From NCBI GenBank assembly GCA_951406725.2, contig OX597815.1, forward strand, positions 25,172,001 to 25,236,000: a DNA stretch of 64,000 bases, in the 5' to 3' direction. The position numbers and the translations under genes are program-made. Positions 49,856-62,978 of the stretch are shown here, one piece after another (positions within the stretch are counted from its first letter, which is position 1; each line of letters opens with the position of its first letter). The stretch is from Octopus vulgaris. Taxonomy: Eukaryota. The notes beneath the pieces are model-generated. The model made no database searches and was not told the DNA's origin. It saw nothing but the letters and a program-made list of their open reading frames with translations.

Positions 49856-51140
49856 ACCATTTATACCAATGTGACAGAACCTAAGGAAAATTGAATATCA
49901 TATTAAGGTTAACTACTTCAGAAAAATAAGTAACATTGTAGTTAGGTATTAGTACTTCTTTGTCTTCAGGACCCCCAAATAAGTGAAAATATTCACTTTG
50001 TCAGACGCTTCTTCGTTTTCAAGGGCATCGTGAGAGTGAAATATGTTTTTTTGTCTGAGTCAAAAAGTGAAAGTATTTTCATGGGCGAAACGCCAATTAT
50101 ATTTATTTACTTTATTTGTAATTAATTTAAACAATAGTGACACCGACAATTCCAATTTGAATAGAATGCTATTCACATGTTAGTCAGTTTTCTTTAAATA
50201 GGCTCCCAAATGCTATTTCATGTTCGCAACGTCATACGTCCAATAATAAATAAGAATCCTCTATGATACCCTAAAGTTAGTGAAAATTTCTTGTGATAAA
50301 CTCGTTTAGTTTACCTTCTAAATATGAACGATGTGGATATTTAGTGAGCTTCGTATCTTTACTACAACCAGACTGAGTCAAAGGTGATGGAGAAGGTCAC
50401 GGTTTTGCAGAAAAGTAAATGTGCCTTATGTATTTCCTGCTAATCGTTTTCATATTTTGCTAACGTTCGATATTGTTATGGAATTAATAACCATGTTTTG
50501 TAATTACAAAAAATTTGGTGGGTCCAATTTAATGAGAACTTCACAATGGATATTTTATAATATGTAGCCCAGTCATTCTCACACTTAAATACCGTTCCAC
50601 CAAAAACATAAAGAAATGATAGCACAAGTTCTGCTCTTCACCCCATCTGATAATGAAGCAAAATAAATTTGCATCCTTAATTTTTTTTTCTCCACCATGG
50701 TGGTTGGTGTTGGTGAGCAAAATTAAAACAATCGTAATTGTATTGAACATAATTTGCCCGCCCCCTTTTCAATCCCTCGCTAACATCTGTCTGAAGGGAA
50801 ATTGATCCTGCAGGGACTACTGTTCAATATTTTACATTCGTTTATTGACTGTTTCATTTTGTAAAGCACTTTCATGTTTTTGTTTTTTTTATTGTCCGGA
50901 AAATATTTTTAAACGAAGTAGAAACTTACTTTCAGAGAACGTGGAGACGAAGAAGTGCCGAGTTCAAGAAACATCTTTACTAAAATATTAAGACAAATCG
51001 TTTAAATTATTTTAAAACAGATAGTTGTTGATTTCTTTCCACTACCAACTAGAGGGAAGTCGTTAAACTAATTGCTTTGATTGAAGATTATAAAGTAACT
51101 GGATGATAATTAAGAAACTAGTCTCATTTACTTTGACCAG

Positions 51141-51247
51141 AAATGGCCTGAGCTCTTTGCATGAACACCCTCCCTGTACATAACTCCATGTCCCCCTACA
51201 TGGCCTTGCTTTTTGCTTTTTGAGCCAAAAGATTAACTTAACTTAAC
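51141..51247 (+). mobile_element. Ultra-truncated copy of the 15725 CR1-like 3' end
   Basis: Near-identical to 15803-15909 including a TTAAC-repeat tail. Confidence 0.7.
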
Positions 51248-52229
51248 ATTGTAGAAGATAAAACGGGAGAAATTGTGAAATGCATGTAATTTTATCCGAT
51301 CGTTTTATCCAAACAAAAGTAATAAATATTATTATATGGTTGAAAACGGATTACAGAAAAAAGCTAATTGTATATTTTTGGAAGATAATTTAAAACAACC
51401 AACTCCTTATAAAAAAAATCATAAAGTAAATTCAAGGACATTATAAAGTTTATATGTAGATAAGAAAATTACTTATAAGAACCATAATGAATAAAGAACA
51501 ACCAGCATCAATCGAAAGAGAAACTAAACAGGAAACCAGTGAAACAGTTGAAAGTTTTTTGTTGGACGCCATAACTTGAGGATTCTGCGTTGCAAAACTT
51601 TCTTGAATGTGTCACTACAGAGTAATAAATCCTCAGCTGGTTTCATTATATATCGTAATATATAGGCTTATTAAAAGTTTACAGAAAACTCGGGAAAGCA
51701 CTTTACAATTTTACATGTGAAATAGAGGATAATCAAACCTTACAACTGTTTGTTAGACTTTAAATTACGGAAAAAATATCTTTCAAAATATAAAATAATC
51801 GCGGCACGAGGGCATCGAAGTTACTTATTTTCTATAAATTCCGAGAATAGATCAATCCGAAATTTCATCAAGTTCCTAAAGCAAAAGATTTCAGCGAATC
51901 TTACATCTGAACAAGGGGAAAAACAGTAAAAGATAACTTTCAAGGTAGAGACATTCAGCAAAATTCAAACAACCATGAAGTGTTCGAAACTGAGATTTCT
52001 AGCTTTATATAAAAATTGTGTGTTAAGTCTGCATTGAGATTTTCAGAAAAGTATTTGAGCTATCGTCTCTATAATGTTATAATTTAGATAACTTTAAAAT
52101 TGATAAATGCTATTTAAAATTAAATATTATTATACTTTGATCAAAACTATTATTTTCGTTATAGATAATACTAAATGATAGAAATGCGTGACTAATATTA
52201 TGATTAGTCCGCTAGCTTTATCCACTCCT

Positions 52230-52410
52230 TAGCTCTGTGTTTCGTTAATTTTGTAATCATTTCAGTGTTCACGTTTCGTAACTTTTCTTGTTTCTGTAAT
52301 CCTTACTTTTCAAGCAATTCTGCAACTAAAAGCCTATTCTGATACTCATGATACATTCCAGTTTTAATACAAACCAAAGTAACCAACGGATTACCATAAC
52401 TCTCCTCAGG
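52230..52410 (+). promoter_or_regulatory. Candidate non-coding first exon / promoter region of CCNK
   Basis: The acceptor at 53263 lies just upstream of the ATG, so an upstream exon is needed. A strong donor CAGG|GTAAGC lies at 52410/52411 in a CpG-retaining region. The 5' boundary is a guess. Confidence 0.4.
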
Positions 52411-53267
52411 GTAAGCCTATATATCGTTCGTGGTGGAACCGTGATGCATGTAATGCCGTGAAACTATAATCTTTTACCGTAAAGCCATTCCTTTTTCGTG
52501 TCGGTTGTTATTCCTGTATAAACTTCATAATTTTAATATGACTTTTTTAATGTTGAGTCCTTTCGAAGAAAAAATTTATATTAAAGTTATAAAGTTCACT
52601 GAGGTCCTCCTATTAGTTTATTAATTCTCATTATTAAATTGCTGTCGTTTTTCGTTTAATTGTTGTTCATGTGGCGAACGCCGTGTAATGATGAGAAGTA
52701 AAATGCCTTAACGAACAGAATCCGATATCCTGTCTCGAATCGTATTAGTTGTGAAAGATATAAATAGTTTACAATCAGATATCCTTCCCTTGTAGTTTTA
52801 TCGACTGAAATCTCTGTAAGAAATTTATTACTAAACATTCTTAGCTACAGTTTTTGTAACGCCGGGTTGTTATAGATTTATTCAGTAATCTTATTGTACC
52901 GGGAGCAAACGGTCGATTCAATCCACGTCAAAAATCGGTTTCGTTCTAAATAGAGAAAGAATCAGCAGAGAAAATAGAATGCTGGATTAATTAATTGCCT
53001 AACAGTATTTAGTTTCGTTTTTCTGTTCTGAATCAAATCCGTCTAGGATTGATTTCGCGTTTCACTCTTTCATAGTCGATAAAATAAGTACCAGTCATGT
53101 ACATGGGTCTATTCAATTGACTACGCCACTCCTCTAGTGGTGTGTACCAATGTAAGAAATTACTACTACTTGTGTATCGTAAATATAATATTATGACTAA
53201 TTCAAGAATAACTGTCATTAAACTAATACACAAATTGTTTTGTTTTTTATTTTTCTTCTGCAGAAAA

Positions 53268-53404
53268 ATGCCTTGTTGGTTTTTTGAAAAGAAAGACTTA
53301 AGAAACACTGCATCGTATCAAGATGGTATCTCACCAGAAGTTGAGGCACGATATCGCCGAGAAGGTGCTCGTTTTATTTTAGATGCTGGTTCAAAAATGG
53401 GACT
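53268..53404 (+). CDS. CCNK: Cyclin K, coding exon 1 (MPCWFFEKKDLRNT...REGARFILDAGSKMGL)
   Basis: Translation matches the cyclin K N-terminus (human PCWYWDKKDL...EARYRREGARFIFDVG..LGL, recalled). Polypyrimidine tract plus CAG acceptor at 53261-53263, ATG at 53268, donor GTATCCTTTT at 53405. Confidence 0.95.
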
Positions 53405-53878
53405 GTATCCTTTTCACTTTTTTTTTTTTGTTAGTAAAAAAAAACTTGTAAAAAAATGTATATAATTGTGTTTGCAGCGACTGAATTGTTTTAGTTATAC
53501 ATATATATATTGTAAATTCCCTTAGTAAGACAACATTCATTATTATAATTATTCAAATTTCGCCTACTTATATGTCACCTACTCTAAAGTGGAAATTTTT
53601 GAAAGAAGAAGAACCATTTTAGAACTCCAAGAGTAACTGATTGGTCAGTTATTACTTGTTCATTCATATATTATCAGTGAAATCAATTGACCTTTTAGGC
53701 ATTAACACAACTGATAGACGTGAGATGACGTTTATTTCCTATTTATCTTAATAAGCATTAGCCCTCATTATTTCTTTTTGACAAGAATTTCATAGGCCCA
53801 CAAGTTGTTGACTTGACATCCTAAATATAGCATAATTATTGACAGTGTATGATAAAAGATAAATTCTCTTTTATTTGT

Positions 53879-54210
53879 GGAGCACTGCCTTTAGTGGAGC
53901 AAATCGATCCAAGGACATATTCTTTGTATGCCTAGTACTTATTGTATCTGTCCCTTTTGCCGAACCGCTAAGTTACAGGGATGTAAACATACTAGTATTG
54001 GTTGTCAAGCGATTTTGGGGAGACAAATACAGACATACACATGCGCACACACATATATATACACAACGGGCTTCTTTCAGTTTCCATCTACCAAATCCAC
54101 TTACAAGGCTATAGTAGGAGACACTTGCCCAAGGTGCCACGCAGTGGGACTGAAATTGGAACCATGTGGTTAGTAAGCAAGCTACTTACCCCACGACCAC
54201 TCCTGCGCCT
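53879..54210 (-). mobile_element. SINE family A in the CCNK U12 intron
   Basis: Reverse-complement copy with an internal deletion. Confidence 0.8.
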
Positions 54211-55011
54211 ATTGCTCATAATGCCTTCATATTTTTTTCTTATTTGTAGGATAAACAAACCCCCAAAATACTTTATATTCTACAAACTCAAGCTGCAATT
54301 GGATTGGCTTGGGGAAAATAAATGGAATATATTTGTCTTGTAATGTGGCATATTCAAATCCAGTCTTGAATAATGCAACAGCATTGATAATAGAAAATGT
54401 TATTCATACATCTGTTTGAAAAGATAGTAAATCATCATCATCATCGTTTAACGTCCGCTTTCCATGCTAGCACGGGTTGGACAGTTCGACCGGGGTCTGG
54501 GAAGCCAGGAGGCTGCACTAGGCTCCAGTCTGATCTGGCAGTGTTTCTACAGCTGGATGCCCTTCCTAACGCCAACCACTCCGTGAGTGTAGTGGGTGCT
54601 TTTTACGTGCCACTGGCATAGGTGCCAGGGGAGTCTGGCAGCGGCCACGATCGGTTGGTGCTTTTTACGTGCCACCGGCACCTGGTGGCACTGGCATCAG
54701 CCATGTTCGGATGGTGCTTTTTACGTGCCACCGGCACAGATAAATAGAAAAAAAAAAATGGTATTTACGAATGCAATATTGTCTGTGTGATTAAGAAATT
54801 TGCTTTCCCAGCTACATGGTTTTGGGTTCTGTTGTCCTTCAAGGCACTTTTGGCAAGTACATTCTATTATAGCTTTGGTTGAACCAAAGTCTTGTGAGTG
54901 AACTTTGAAGTCAAAAACTGAAAAAAAATTTATTGTGTGTGGGTGGGTGTGTACTTGTTTTGGCATTCTTGAAAACCAGTATGCTAGCATTAAATTTGGA
55001 TGTTAAAACTA

Positions 55012-55610
55012 TCATCATCATCGTTTAACGTCTGTTCTCAATGCTAGCATGGGTTGGACGGTTTGACCGGGGATCTGGGAAGCCAGGAGGCTGCACCAGG
55101 CTCCAGTCTGATCTGGCAGTGTTTCTACAGCTCGATGCCCTTCCTAACGCCAACCACTCCGTGAGTGTAGTGGGTGCTTTTTACGTGCCAGGCGAGGCTG
55201 GCAACGGCCACGATCGGACTGGTGCTTTTTACGTGCCACTGGCACGGAAGCCAGTCTAGGCGGCGCTGGCATCGACCACATTCAGATGGCGCTTTTTACA
55301 TGCCACCGGCACAGGGATCACAACTGCAGTTTCCATTGATTTTTGATGTTGATGTACTTGACTCAATGGATCTCTTCAAGCACAGGGTCGAAACGGTGTT
55401 TCTTTACTTGCCACCTGCACACGAATCAGTCCAGCGGCCCTGGCAACTGCCAGGTGCCAGTCATAGGATTGGTTCAATTTCAATTCCGATTTCACTTGCC
55501 CCAACAGGTCTTTGCAAGCAGAATTTAGTGTCCAATGAAGGGAGGTTGGCATGGGTGCCTGTCGTCGGATGAGGTTCGATTTCGACTTCGCTTGCCTCAA
55601 CAGGTCTTGA
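55012..55610 (-). mobile_element. RTE-LINE 3' UTR-derived repeat with tandem GTGCC(A/G)GTGGCAC modules and (GAT)n tail
   Basis: Same sequence as the tail of the 44530 RTE element. Other copies at 22545-22735, 42040-42335, 42625-42795, 54432-54740(-), 61531-61875(-). Confidence 0.75.
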
Positions 55611-56846
55611 CGACAATAAATATACTGCCAGCTCCCCAGAGGATTAAAGGTGCATCAGTATGTTTTTTTTTTTGTTTTTTTTCTTGTATTGGATCTCATT
55701 GATATCTGCATTCTGTAATAAACGACTACCCAGGCATTGGAAGTGCTTTACATTTTCTTCCATCTATCCATATATATGAATGACTAAACAGGGTTCCTAC
55801 CTGTTGAGTACCTGTTAATGCAAAACTTTGTGTTGCCTGTAGAGCAATATTCTCATATGTGTCTATATGTCATTAATTGTCTGTGGAAGTTGCACGATGG
55901 CATTATCTGTGTACTGATGTTTTCTTGGCCTTTATTTTGGCATGGAGTCTGCTAGATTTGAATACCTTACTATCTACAGTATGAGATCTATATGTCAGGT
56001 GTGGGGTCTGTTCATAATGAGCTTAGGTATATATTTTTTCTGTGGTTTCATGATCTTTGCAAATTCTCTGAAATTAATGAGATTAAAATAGCTGCATGGA
56101 AAACATGAATGGGTGAGAATGCAAGACAGTTGTTGCTGAGAGGGAAGGATATTTGAAGCAGTTTTATGAGTATTAGCTACCATGATCTTCTCACTGTGTT
56201 CAATGCAATGAAGAAATCATTACTCTCTCATAACTTGGCCTATGTATAAGAAATTGCATTTGTGTTCTTGTACTTGATAACCTTTACCATTACCATTTCT
56301 CTACTGCTAATCAGCATTCCTTCTTCTCTTGATATCCATCATTCTCTCTTGCCATTGTCTACTGCTAACCATCATTCCCTTCCATACAATTACTCTCTGT
56401 TTCTATACCATCATACCTTTGCTCCCTTCAACCACTTATGCTTATCCATCTGTCATTGCTCTCTCAACTCACCTTCTAGTCACATTTTCTGCTATTGAAA
56501 CCAAGCCAGAATAAAAAAAAGTGAGATGTGATCCTCTAACCTACCTAGGAGGGTAGTAACTCTAAATAGAATTTGATTTAGACAATCCATCCAACCCTTT
56601 CCAGCAGGGAAAGTGGACATAAAATGGACTAACACTTTGGTACATGATCCCATTGTTCCTTACACCCCATAATTTTGAGATTGAACTAGAATCATCTCAT
56701 TTAATGATTAAGAAATTTTATCACCTTTTTATCTACGTATATGTTTTTCATAATATATTTTCTCTTATTACAGGAAAGTGGTAAGGAAAATAATCATTTT
56801 GTTTTTGCTAGATTAATGTAACATATTTTTCTTAACATTGTCACAG

Positions 56847-56928
56847 AAGATTTGATACATGTGGTACAGGTGTGGTATATTTCCACAGATTTTATATGTT
56901 GCATTCATTCCGAGAGTTCCATCGTTAT
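56847..56928 (+). CDS. CCNK: Cyclin K, coding exon 2 ([27 protein letters not shown])
   Basis: Cyclin-box motif YFHRFYM. Phase joins exon 1 (CT|A = Leu). Acceptor CAG ends 56846, donor GTAAGT at 56929. Confidence 0.95.
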
Positions 56929-58056
56929 GTAAGTAAAAAATAAAATACTTATTAAAATATAATAGTTGTTGGGCTAGGGTATCCTGTTTAGGAAGATGAG
57001 AGGCAGGTCTTCTGACTTTTATAAACCCTCCCAGACTGGTAAAACTGATGTGGTTGAGATTCATTTTGTAGGTCAATGTCTGCAGGAAAAGTGTACACAG
57101 GGAGGAAATTCCATAGGGTTGCAGTCATGGGAAGGAACAATTAGATGAAGTATTTAATTCAAATGATAAGTAGGCTTGGGTGGTGATGATATCCAACTTG
57201 CTAGTTCAGAAGAGTCAAGGCTGTCGTAATAATAATAATAATAAAAGAAGCAAAATGTTGAAATTATGCCTCACAAAGCTTGTGATTGTGGAATGTTGGT
57301 GAGTATCATTGACGAACAGTTGAGTGAACTTCTTTTGGATGAGATTTTAAGATGTATGTGTTGCAGCAGCATCCCATACATATAAGCACAAATTTAACCA
57401 CAGCCTTTGTCTTGTATACTATGATGAGGTACAACCGGCTTATTCATTCACTCATGTTGACAGCAAATGTTACTCCTACATAATGGTTGAGCAATCAGTT
57501 GGAAGGGCATCAGTTGTAGAATCTATTACAATAGTATACATATGTATACTATTTGCATATATATCTAAATTTACAAAAATCATCCCATATTAGCTTGCAT
57601 GAAAGATGGATGTAGATTCAGTATTCTTCTAAAGGCAAAATTTTTGTTTATGAAGATTTAGTTATCATATGGAACCAGTCAGGGGACCAATTGCATCATT
57701 GAAATCAAGTTTTGATTAGGGACATCAGCTTGTACAAAATATATTTTGGAACATCAAATGGAAATTTGACATCAACTTGACAGGAACATAATGTAGATAT
57801 GGATAGTGTAAATATACACTTTAAAGTTGAGGTTAGTAATGTGAGAATTGTTAAAACATCTCTAAGATATTTGGTATTTAATCATTGGGAAATAAATTAA
57901 AATAAAGCTTCACTAAAATCATTTTTATGGTCTTAGAAATCATATTGGTTTCATATAGCTTAATTTTACCTTTAACTGTATACACACATTTTATGCATTT
58001 CTTATGAACATGTTCATATATTCAAAGGGTCTTCATGCAGAGTAAGTATTTAAATA

Positions 58057-58529
58057 CTGTAAATCCTCGTGAATAATCCGCATTTTTTCCCCCAAAATTT
58101 AAAGGTCAAAGTCTCTAGTGTGTACTATATACAAGGTTAAAAATGAAAAATATTTTCTAAGCATTGTCCAAGTTGCTATTTGCTGTCTGGCAATGTTTAT
58201 TCAGGAGCTAAGTCTGAAAGCAATGAAGTCATAAAAGAATCATCCATAATTTGCAGTTAGCAACATTTATTAAAATAAAAGTATTCAGAACACAGAATAA
58301 CATGTAACAAAAACAATTTGCAAACATATTTACATTCCCATATAACAGTTAAGAACATCACTATTATTGTATTACGCATGTGCGGAAGTGTTTGTTCGAC
58401 CAGGTTCTGCTGGCTTAATTACACACAGCTCAAGTTAGAGAAGGGGTGCATATTATACACAAAGTTTAGGTTTTTCAGAGGTACAGCCTTCCTAAAAATC
58501 ACCTGCATAATATACTCGAGGATTTACGG
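58057..58529. mobile_element. Tc2/pogo-like MITE with TA TSD
   Basis: TA|CTGTAAATCCTCGTGAATAAT ... ATAATATACTCGAGGATTTACGG|TA inverted termini. Confidence 0.75.
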
Positions 58530-58679
58530 TACGCTTCAGTCTTTTTATTTTTCTCATAGAATACATTTGCTATTTTTGAAAATTTTTGTAATAGAACGAG
58601 TTATATTTAGCAGTTATTAAACAAAATATGAATATTATATTTATAAAATTTCAGCAATTTTTCTGGTGTTTGTTATTAG

Positions 58680-58811
58680 GTAACTGGAGCTTGTTGCTTA
58701 TTCCTTGCTGGGAAGGTTGAAGAAACACCAAAGAAATGTAAAGATATCATTAAAATGTGTCAAAGTTTACTGACACCTCAGCAGTTTGCTGTTTTTGGAG
58801 ATGATCCTAAA
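58680..58811 (+). CDS. CCNK: Cyclin K, coding exon 3 ([24 protein letters not shown]...FGDDPK)
   Basis: Near-identical to the cyclin [19 protein letters not shown] motif. TAG acceptor and GTAAGT donor, 132 nt, phase 0. Confidence 0.97.
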
Positions 58812-58857
58812 GTAAGTAAAGGCATTTAGAAAATATCTTTTTCAACCTCTACATTTA

Positions 58858-59789
58858 CAGGTTATTGTATGTACAAAATGGAAAACACTTGATGGAAAGT
58901 CAAAGGTGACAGCTAAATATTGTTGCCATTGATTTTTTTTCCATGGTCATGGAAATTCATAAGATTACCTGGTGAAGTAATTCAGTGATCTAATACAGCA
59001 ATTCTCTACAAAAACTGTTTGCTGGGAGCTGCACAAAGCCAGATTTCATGGGAGGGCTGCAATCAGAAAACCACTACTTTCAAAAACAAATGTTGCAAAG
59101 TGTTTAGAGTAGAGTAAAAACCTACAGAATTGGTCCTTAGAGTGGTGGAAGAATGTTATTTTCTTAGACAAGTCATCCTTTACTCTATTTCTAACCATCA
59201 GCCAAGTATACAGCCAAAAGAAGCATTTGACCCACACTGCCTTCTTCCAACTGTTAAACATGAAGGAGGATCTGTGATGAATGGGGGGGGGCTATATCTT
59301 GGAAATCCGTCAGCCCAATGGTTTCCCTTCATGGCAGAATTAATAGTCAAGACTATTTAAGCATTTTATCTGATCAAATTCATCCTATGGTTGTGGAACT
59401 GTTTCCGGAGGGAAACGCAATCTTTCAGAATGATAATGCACTAATTCACACAGCTAAAGTTGTTACTGAATGACACGAGGAACATTCTAGTAAAGTTGAA
59501 CATCTTATCTGGCCACCACAGTCCCCAGATCTCAATATTATTGAACATTTATGGTGCATTTTAGAAAAACAACTAAGGAGTGGATATCCTCTACCATCAT
59601 CACTACAAGAACTGGAGACAGTTTTAGCTAAAGAATGGACAAAAATTCCTTTGGAAGCAATTCAATCTTTGTACAAGTCCATACCTCATAGAATTCAAGC
59701 TGTAATTACTGCCAAAGGTGGTCCTACCCCATATTAAAATAAATTTGTTTGAAATTTTAAGGAGTTTCCATTATTTTGTCCAACCCCTG
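58858..59789 (+). mobile_element. Tc1-family transposon relic in CCNK intron
   Basis: Decayed transposase ..RAAIRKPLL, PTVKHEGGSVM, IFQNDNA, WPPQSPDLNIIEHLW, AKGGPTPY* (stop 59735-59737). TA-CAG...CTG-TA ends, left TIR degenerate. Confidence 0.88.
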
Positions 59790-59921
59790 TATTTCATACC
59801 CAGGTTTACATTTTGTTTTTGAGCAGTAATCTGTGCTAAAAGTTTCTCTTTGTCTCTCTCTCTCTCATACACACATCTACATCTCTGTCAAAGCTTTTGT
59901 TTACACTTTTATTCTTTTCAG

Positions 59922-60027
59922 GAAGAAGTGATGACTCTTGAAAGAATTTTGTTACAGACAATCAAATTTGACTTGCGTTTGGAGCATCCATATAGTTTTC
60001 TTTTAAAATTTGCCAAAATTTTAAAAG
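59922..60027 (+). CDS. CCNK: Cyclin K, coding exon 4 ([35 protein letters not shown])
   Basis: Matches cyclin [20 protein letters not shown] acceptor and GTAAGT donor, 106 nt. Confidence 0.97.
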
Positions 60028-60779
60028 GTAAGTTTGTTATTGCTCTTAACAATTATTGAAAGATGTTATTTATGATAACAAAATTGTTTTATGTAACTTG
60101 AAAGTATTTTGTCCAAATGCAGTTTGGTAACTTATACTATGAATTGGGTAATTTAAAGATTATGTATAGTATGAAAACTTCCTTTTCGAGGATAGCATGT
60201 CATAATATTATACAGGAATGTGAGTTACAGTGATTACTTTTCTTCTCGGCTCATTTTATATTAAATGAGTACTTAAGTCATCCACTATTTTCCTTAGGTG
60301 GGTATGTGTGTCAAACTTATGTTTCAGTTTACTTAATTAATAACATCATAATTGGTTTAATATTTCCCTGCCTATTTAAGCCAGTTGTCATTTCATTTAC
60401 ATCTATTTCTGAGGATCTGTATTACACATCTGCTTTATGGCTGTGTACTTCACTCTGCAACTACATTTGTTCTGAGTTTGATCCCATTGTGCAGCACCTT
60501 GCGTGTATGTCTTGTAACTTAGTCTCAAGTTAACCAATGTTTTGTGGGTAAAAATTGATTGACAGAAACAGTATGGAAGTCTGCCACACACATATATCAT
60601 CATCATTTTAACTTCTACTTTTCTATATTTGCGTGGGCTAGAAGAGACTCCATGAGGCAGACTTTCTATGATTGGATGCCCTTTCTATTGTCAATCCTTA
60701 TCTGCTTCCATGTAAGTTAATATTTCCCCCTGGCAAAACATGTTTATCATGGAAGATGGAACCTAACAGCATCAGTTGT

Positions 60780-62133
60780 ATGACAGTGAATTTAACATGT
60801 TAACTTTTTTAAACAACAGAAAAAAAGTATTATTGTTCCTTGATAATGCATCATGCCACAAACAACAAAGCTTTTCAAATATAGAACATTTTTTTCTACC
60901 CTTGAACACAACTGCAAATTTACAACCTTTAGACCAAGGAATAATTTGGTCATTCAAGTGCAACTACAATACGATTTTTATTTACAATTTAGTTAATAAA
61001 AATGTGAAAGTGTCAATTCAAAAGGAACATTATTATTGGATGGTATTTTTTGGTCAGTCCAAGCATTGGATTTGGTTGTAAAAGAGACAGTTGTAAATTG
61101 CTAGAAAAATTCAGGTCTAGAAATAAAGAATTCAATGAGTGATGATTTGCTTGGAAAAACATCAGTTGGATTGAGTTTAGAAAATGGGGAATATGAGTTG
61201 CAATATGCACTCCAGGAACTCAAGGAATTAAAATATGATACTGTTACTTTAACTGAACTAAAAAGTTATGAAATCCAGAAGCAGCAAAAAATTTTACAAG
61301 TCAGATGGTAAATTCCAAATCTAAATAATGATATGGAAGAGGAGACAACTGACGAAGAACAAGTTAATAAAGCTGGATTTTAAAAAATACTTTGAATTAA
61401 TCAATGAACTTAAAATTCTCAGTTCAGTGCTTTACCCTGTGAGTTTAAAGCAAATTTTCAGCAGAAAAGACTTTTGAATTTATGACACTTGCAAAGAAGA
61501 ATTGAGCATCAGAGATAAGAACACAATTAAATCATCATCATCATTGTTTAACGTCCATTCTCCATACTAGCATGGGTTGGACGGTTCAACTGGGGTCTGG
61601 GAAGCCAGAAGGCTGCGCCAGGCCCAATCTGATCTGGCAGTGTTTCTACAGCTGGATGCCCTTCCTACTAACACCAACCACTCTGAGAGTGTAGTGGGTG
61701 CTTTTTACGTGCCACCTGCACAGGTGCCAGACGAGGCTGGCAATAGCTACAATCGGATGGAGCTTTTTTTTACGTGCCAACGGCACGGAGGCCAGTCGGG
61801 GCAGCGCTGGCAATGGCCATGTTCAGATGGTTCTCTTACATGCCACCGGCACTGGCATCACAGCTACAATTTCCATCTTAAATTTAAACTTTTACGTCTT
61901 TTGTTTTTACAATTGTTTTTCTTTTTTCTTTTCATAATGTCAAAACAACCAACTTTTCTTTAAATGTTATTAAAAATCATAAGGTAAATAAATACCTGAA
62001 AACCACTTAAATTCATAACTTTTTTCTCAAAAAACGGTTTGTTATTGACAGATATTTATATTAAAAACTCGCTCAATAACGAACTTTCAAAAATTTCATG
62101 AAACAAAAAGTTCGTTATTGACAGGTTAGACTG
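60780..62133 (+). mobile_element. pogo/Tigger-type transposase relic with right TIR
   Basis: KVLLFLDNASCH...FLPLNTTANLQPLDQGIIWSFK (DDE_1-type). The right end ...GTTATTGACAGGTTAGACTG|TA has a subterminal repeat. Confidence 0.75.
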
Positions 62134-62452
62134 TATATATATTTATATATATATAATACCACAGGCTTCTTTTAGTTTCTATCTACCCAATCCACTCAGA
62201 AGGCTCTGGTCAGCCCAGGCTACAGTAGGTGAAACTTGTTCCAGGTGCCACATGGTTGGGAAGCAAGCCTTTTGCCACATACACAGCATATGTTTCTGGA
62301 AGAAGCCCCACTCCCACATGATGAAAGTTATTGGAATTATCATAACTTATTTTCTTTGTCTAAAGACCCTTTTTAAGGACTTCAGTGCAGAAATTGTTTT
62401 CATTGCCAGCTCTATCTTAATACAAAAAGATATTCATCTTTTATTTTTTTAG

Positions 62453-62510
62453 GAGACAAAGCTAAAATCCAGAGTATGGTACAAATGGCTTGGACTTTTA
62501 TCAATGACCA
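62453..62510 (+). CDS. CCNK: Cyclin K, coding exon 5 (GDKAKIQSMVQMAWTFIND)
   Basis: Matches cyclin K GDKNKIQKLVQMAWTFVND. TAG acceptor, GTAAGT donor at 62511, phase consistent with exon 4. Confidence 0.95.
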
Positions 62511-62557
62511 GTAAGTGTTTTGTTCTTTTTTCTGGCTTACATTAAAGAAGATTACAG

Positions 62558-62978
62558 GGATCTTTTCGGTTTGAATGGCAGTTTTTTCTAGCGGTATCAT
62601 ATGAAATTGTAACCCATAATTATGACCCTAGTATCGATCTATTGCATTTCAATCTATTTTAGGGTTAGGGTTAGTTAGGGGTGGGAGGAAGGATATCTTT
62701 TTTTCTTCACAAATGTAAATAAACCCAATCTGTTTCTTAAACAAGGGACATATTCATACGGCATAGAATGTTTTTTTACCTCAATGGATGTGAGTGATTG
62801 GTTGAAATTGCAGAAATTGAAGAAAAAAACAACAAATATCTTACAAACTATAGAATTTTCTCAATAAAGCCAAGAGAAAAAGATGTTTTATAGACACATT
62901 CTACCAGTATACGAAGTTTAAAATTTTTTAGTTACCTAGAAATTATGTTAAAAACTGCCGTTCAAACCGAAAAGATCC
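62558..62978 (+). mobile_element. Merlin-type MITE family 2 in CCNK intron (TSD GATTACAG/AATTACAG)
   Basis: Same TIR and interior as the other copies. TSD matches 7/8. Inserted 47 nt after the exon 5 donor. Confidence 0.88.

Larger units (their letters stand above)
53405..56846 (+). other. CCNK: U12-type GT-AG intron of CCNK
   Basis: 5' splice site GTATCCTTTT (U12 consensus RTATCCTTT). Branch site TTTTTCTTAAC at 56826-56836, about 10 nt before the CAG, with no polypyrimidine tract after it. Confidence 0.9.

Noticed and set aside
53142-53465. 107-aa ORF as a standalone gene
   Set aside because: Only 53268-53404 is coding (CCNK exon). The flanks are intronic read-through.
55150-55310. CRISPR-like palindromic repeats with spacers
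   Set aside because: The spacers are homologous to each other, the unit belongs to a dispersed RTE-derived repeat, there are no cas genes and the DNA is eukaryotic.
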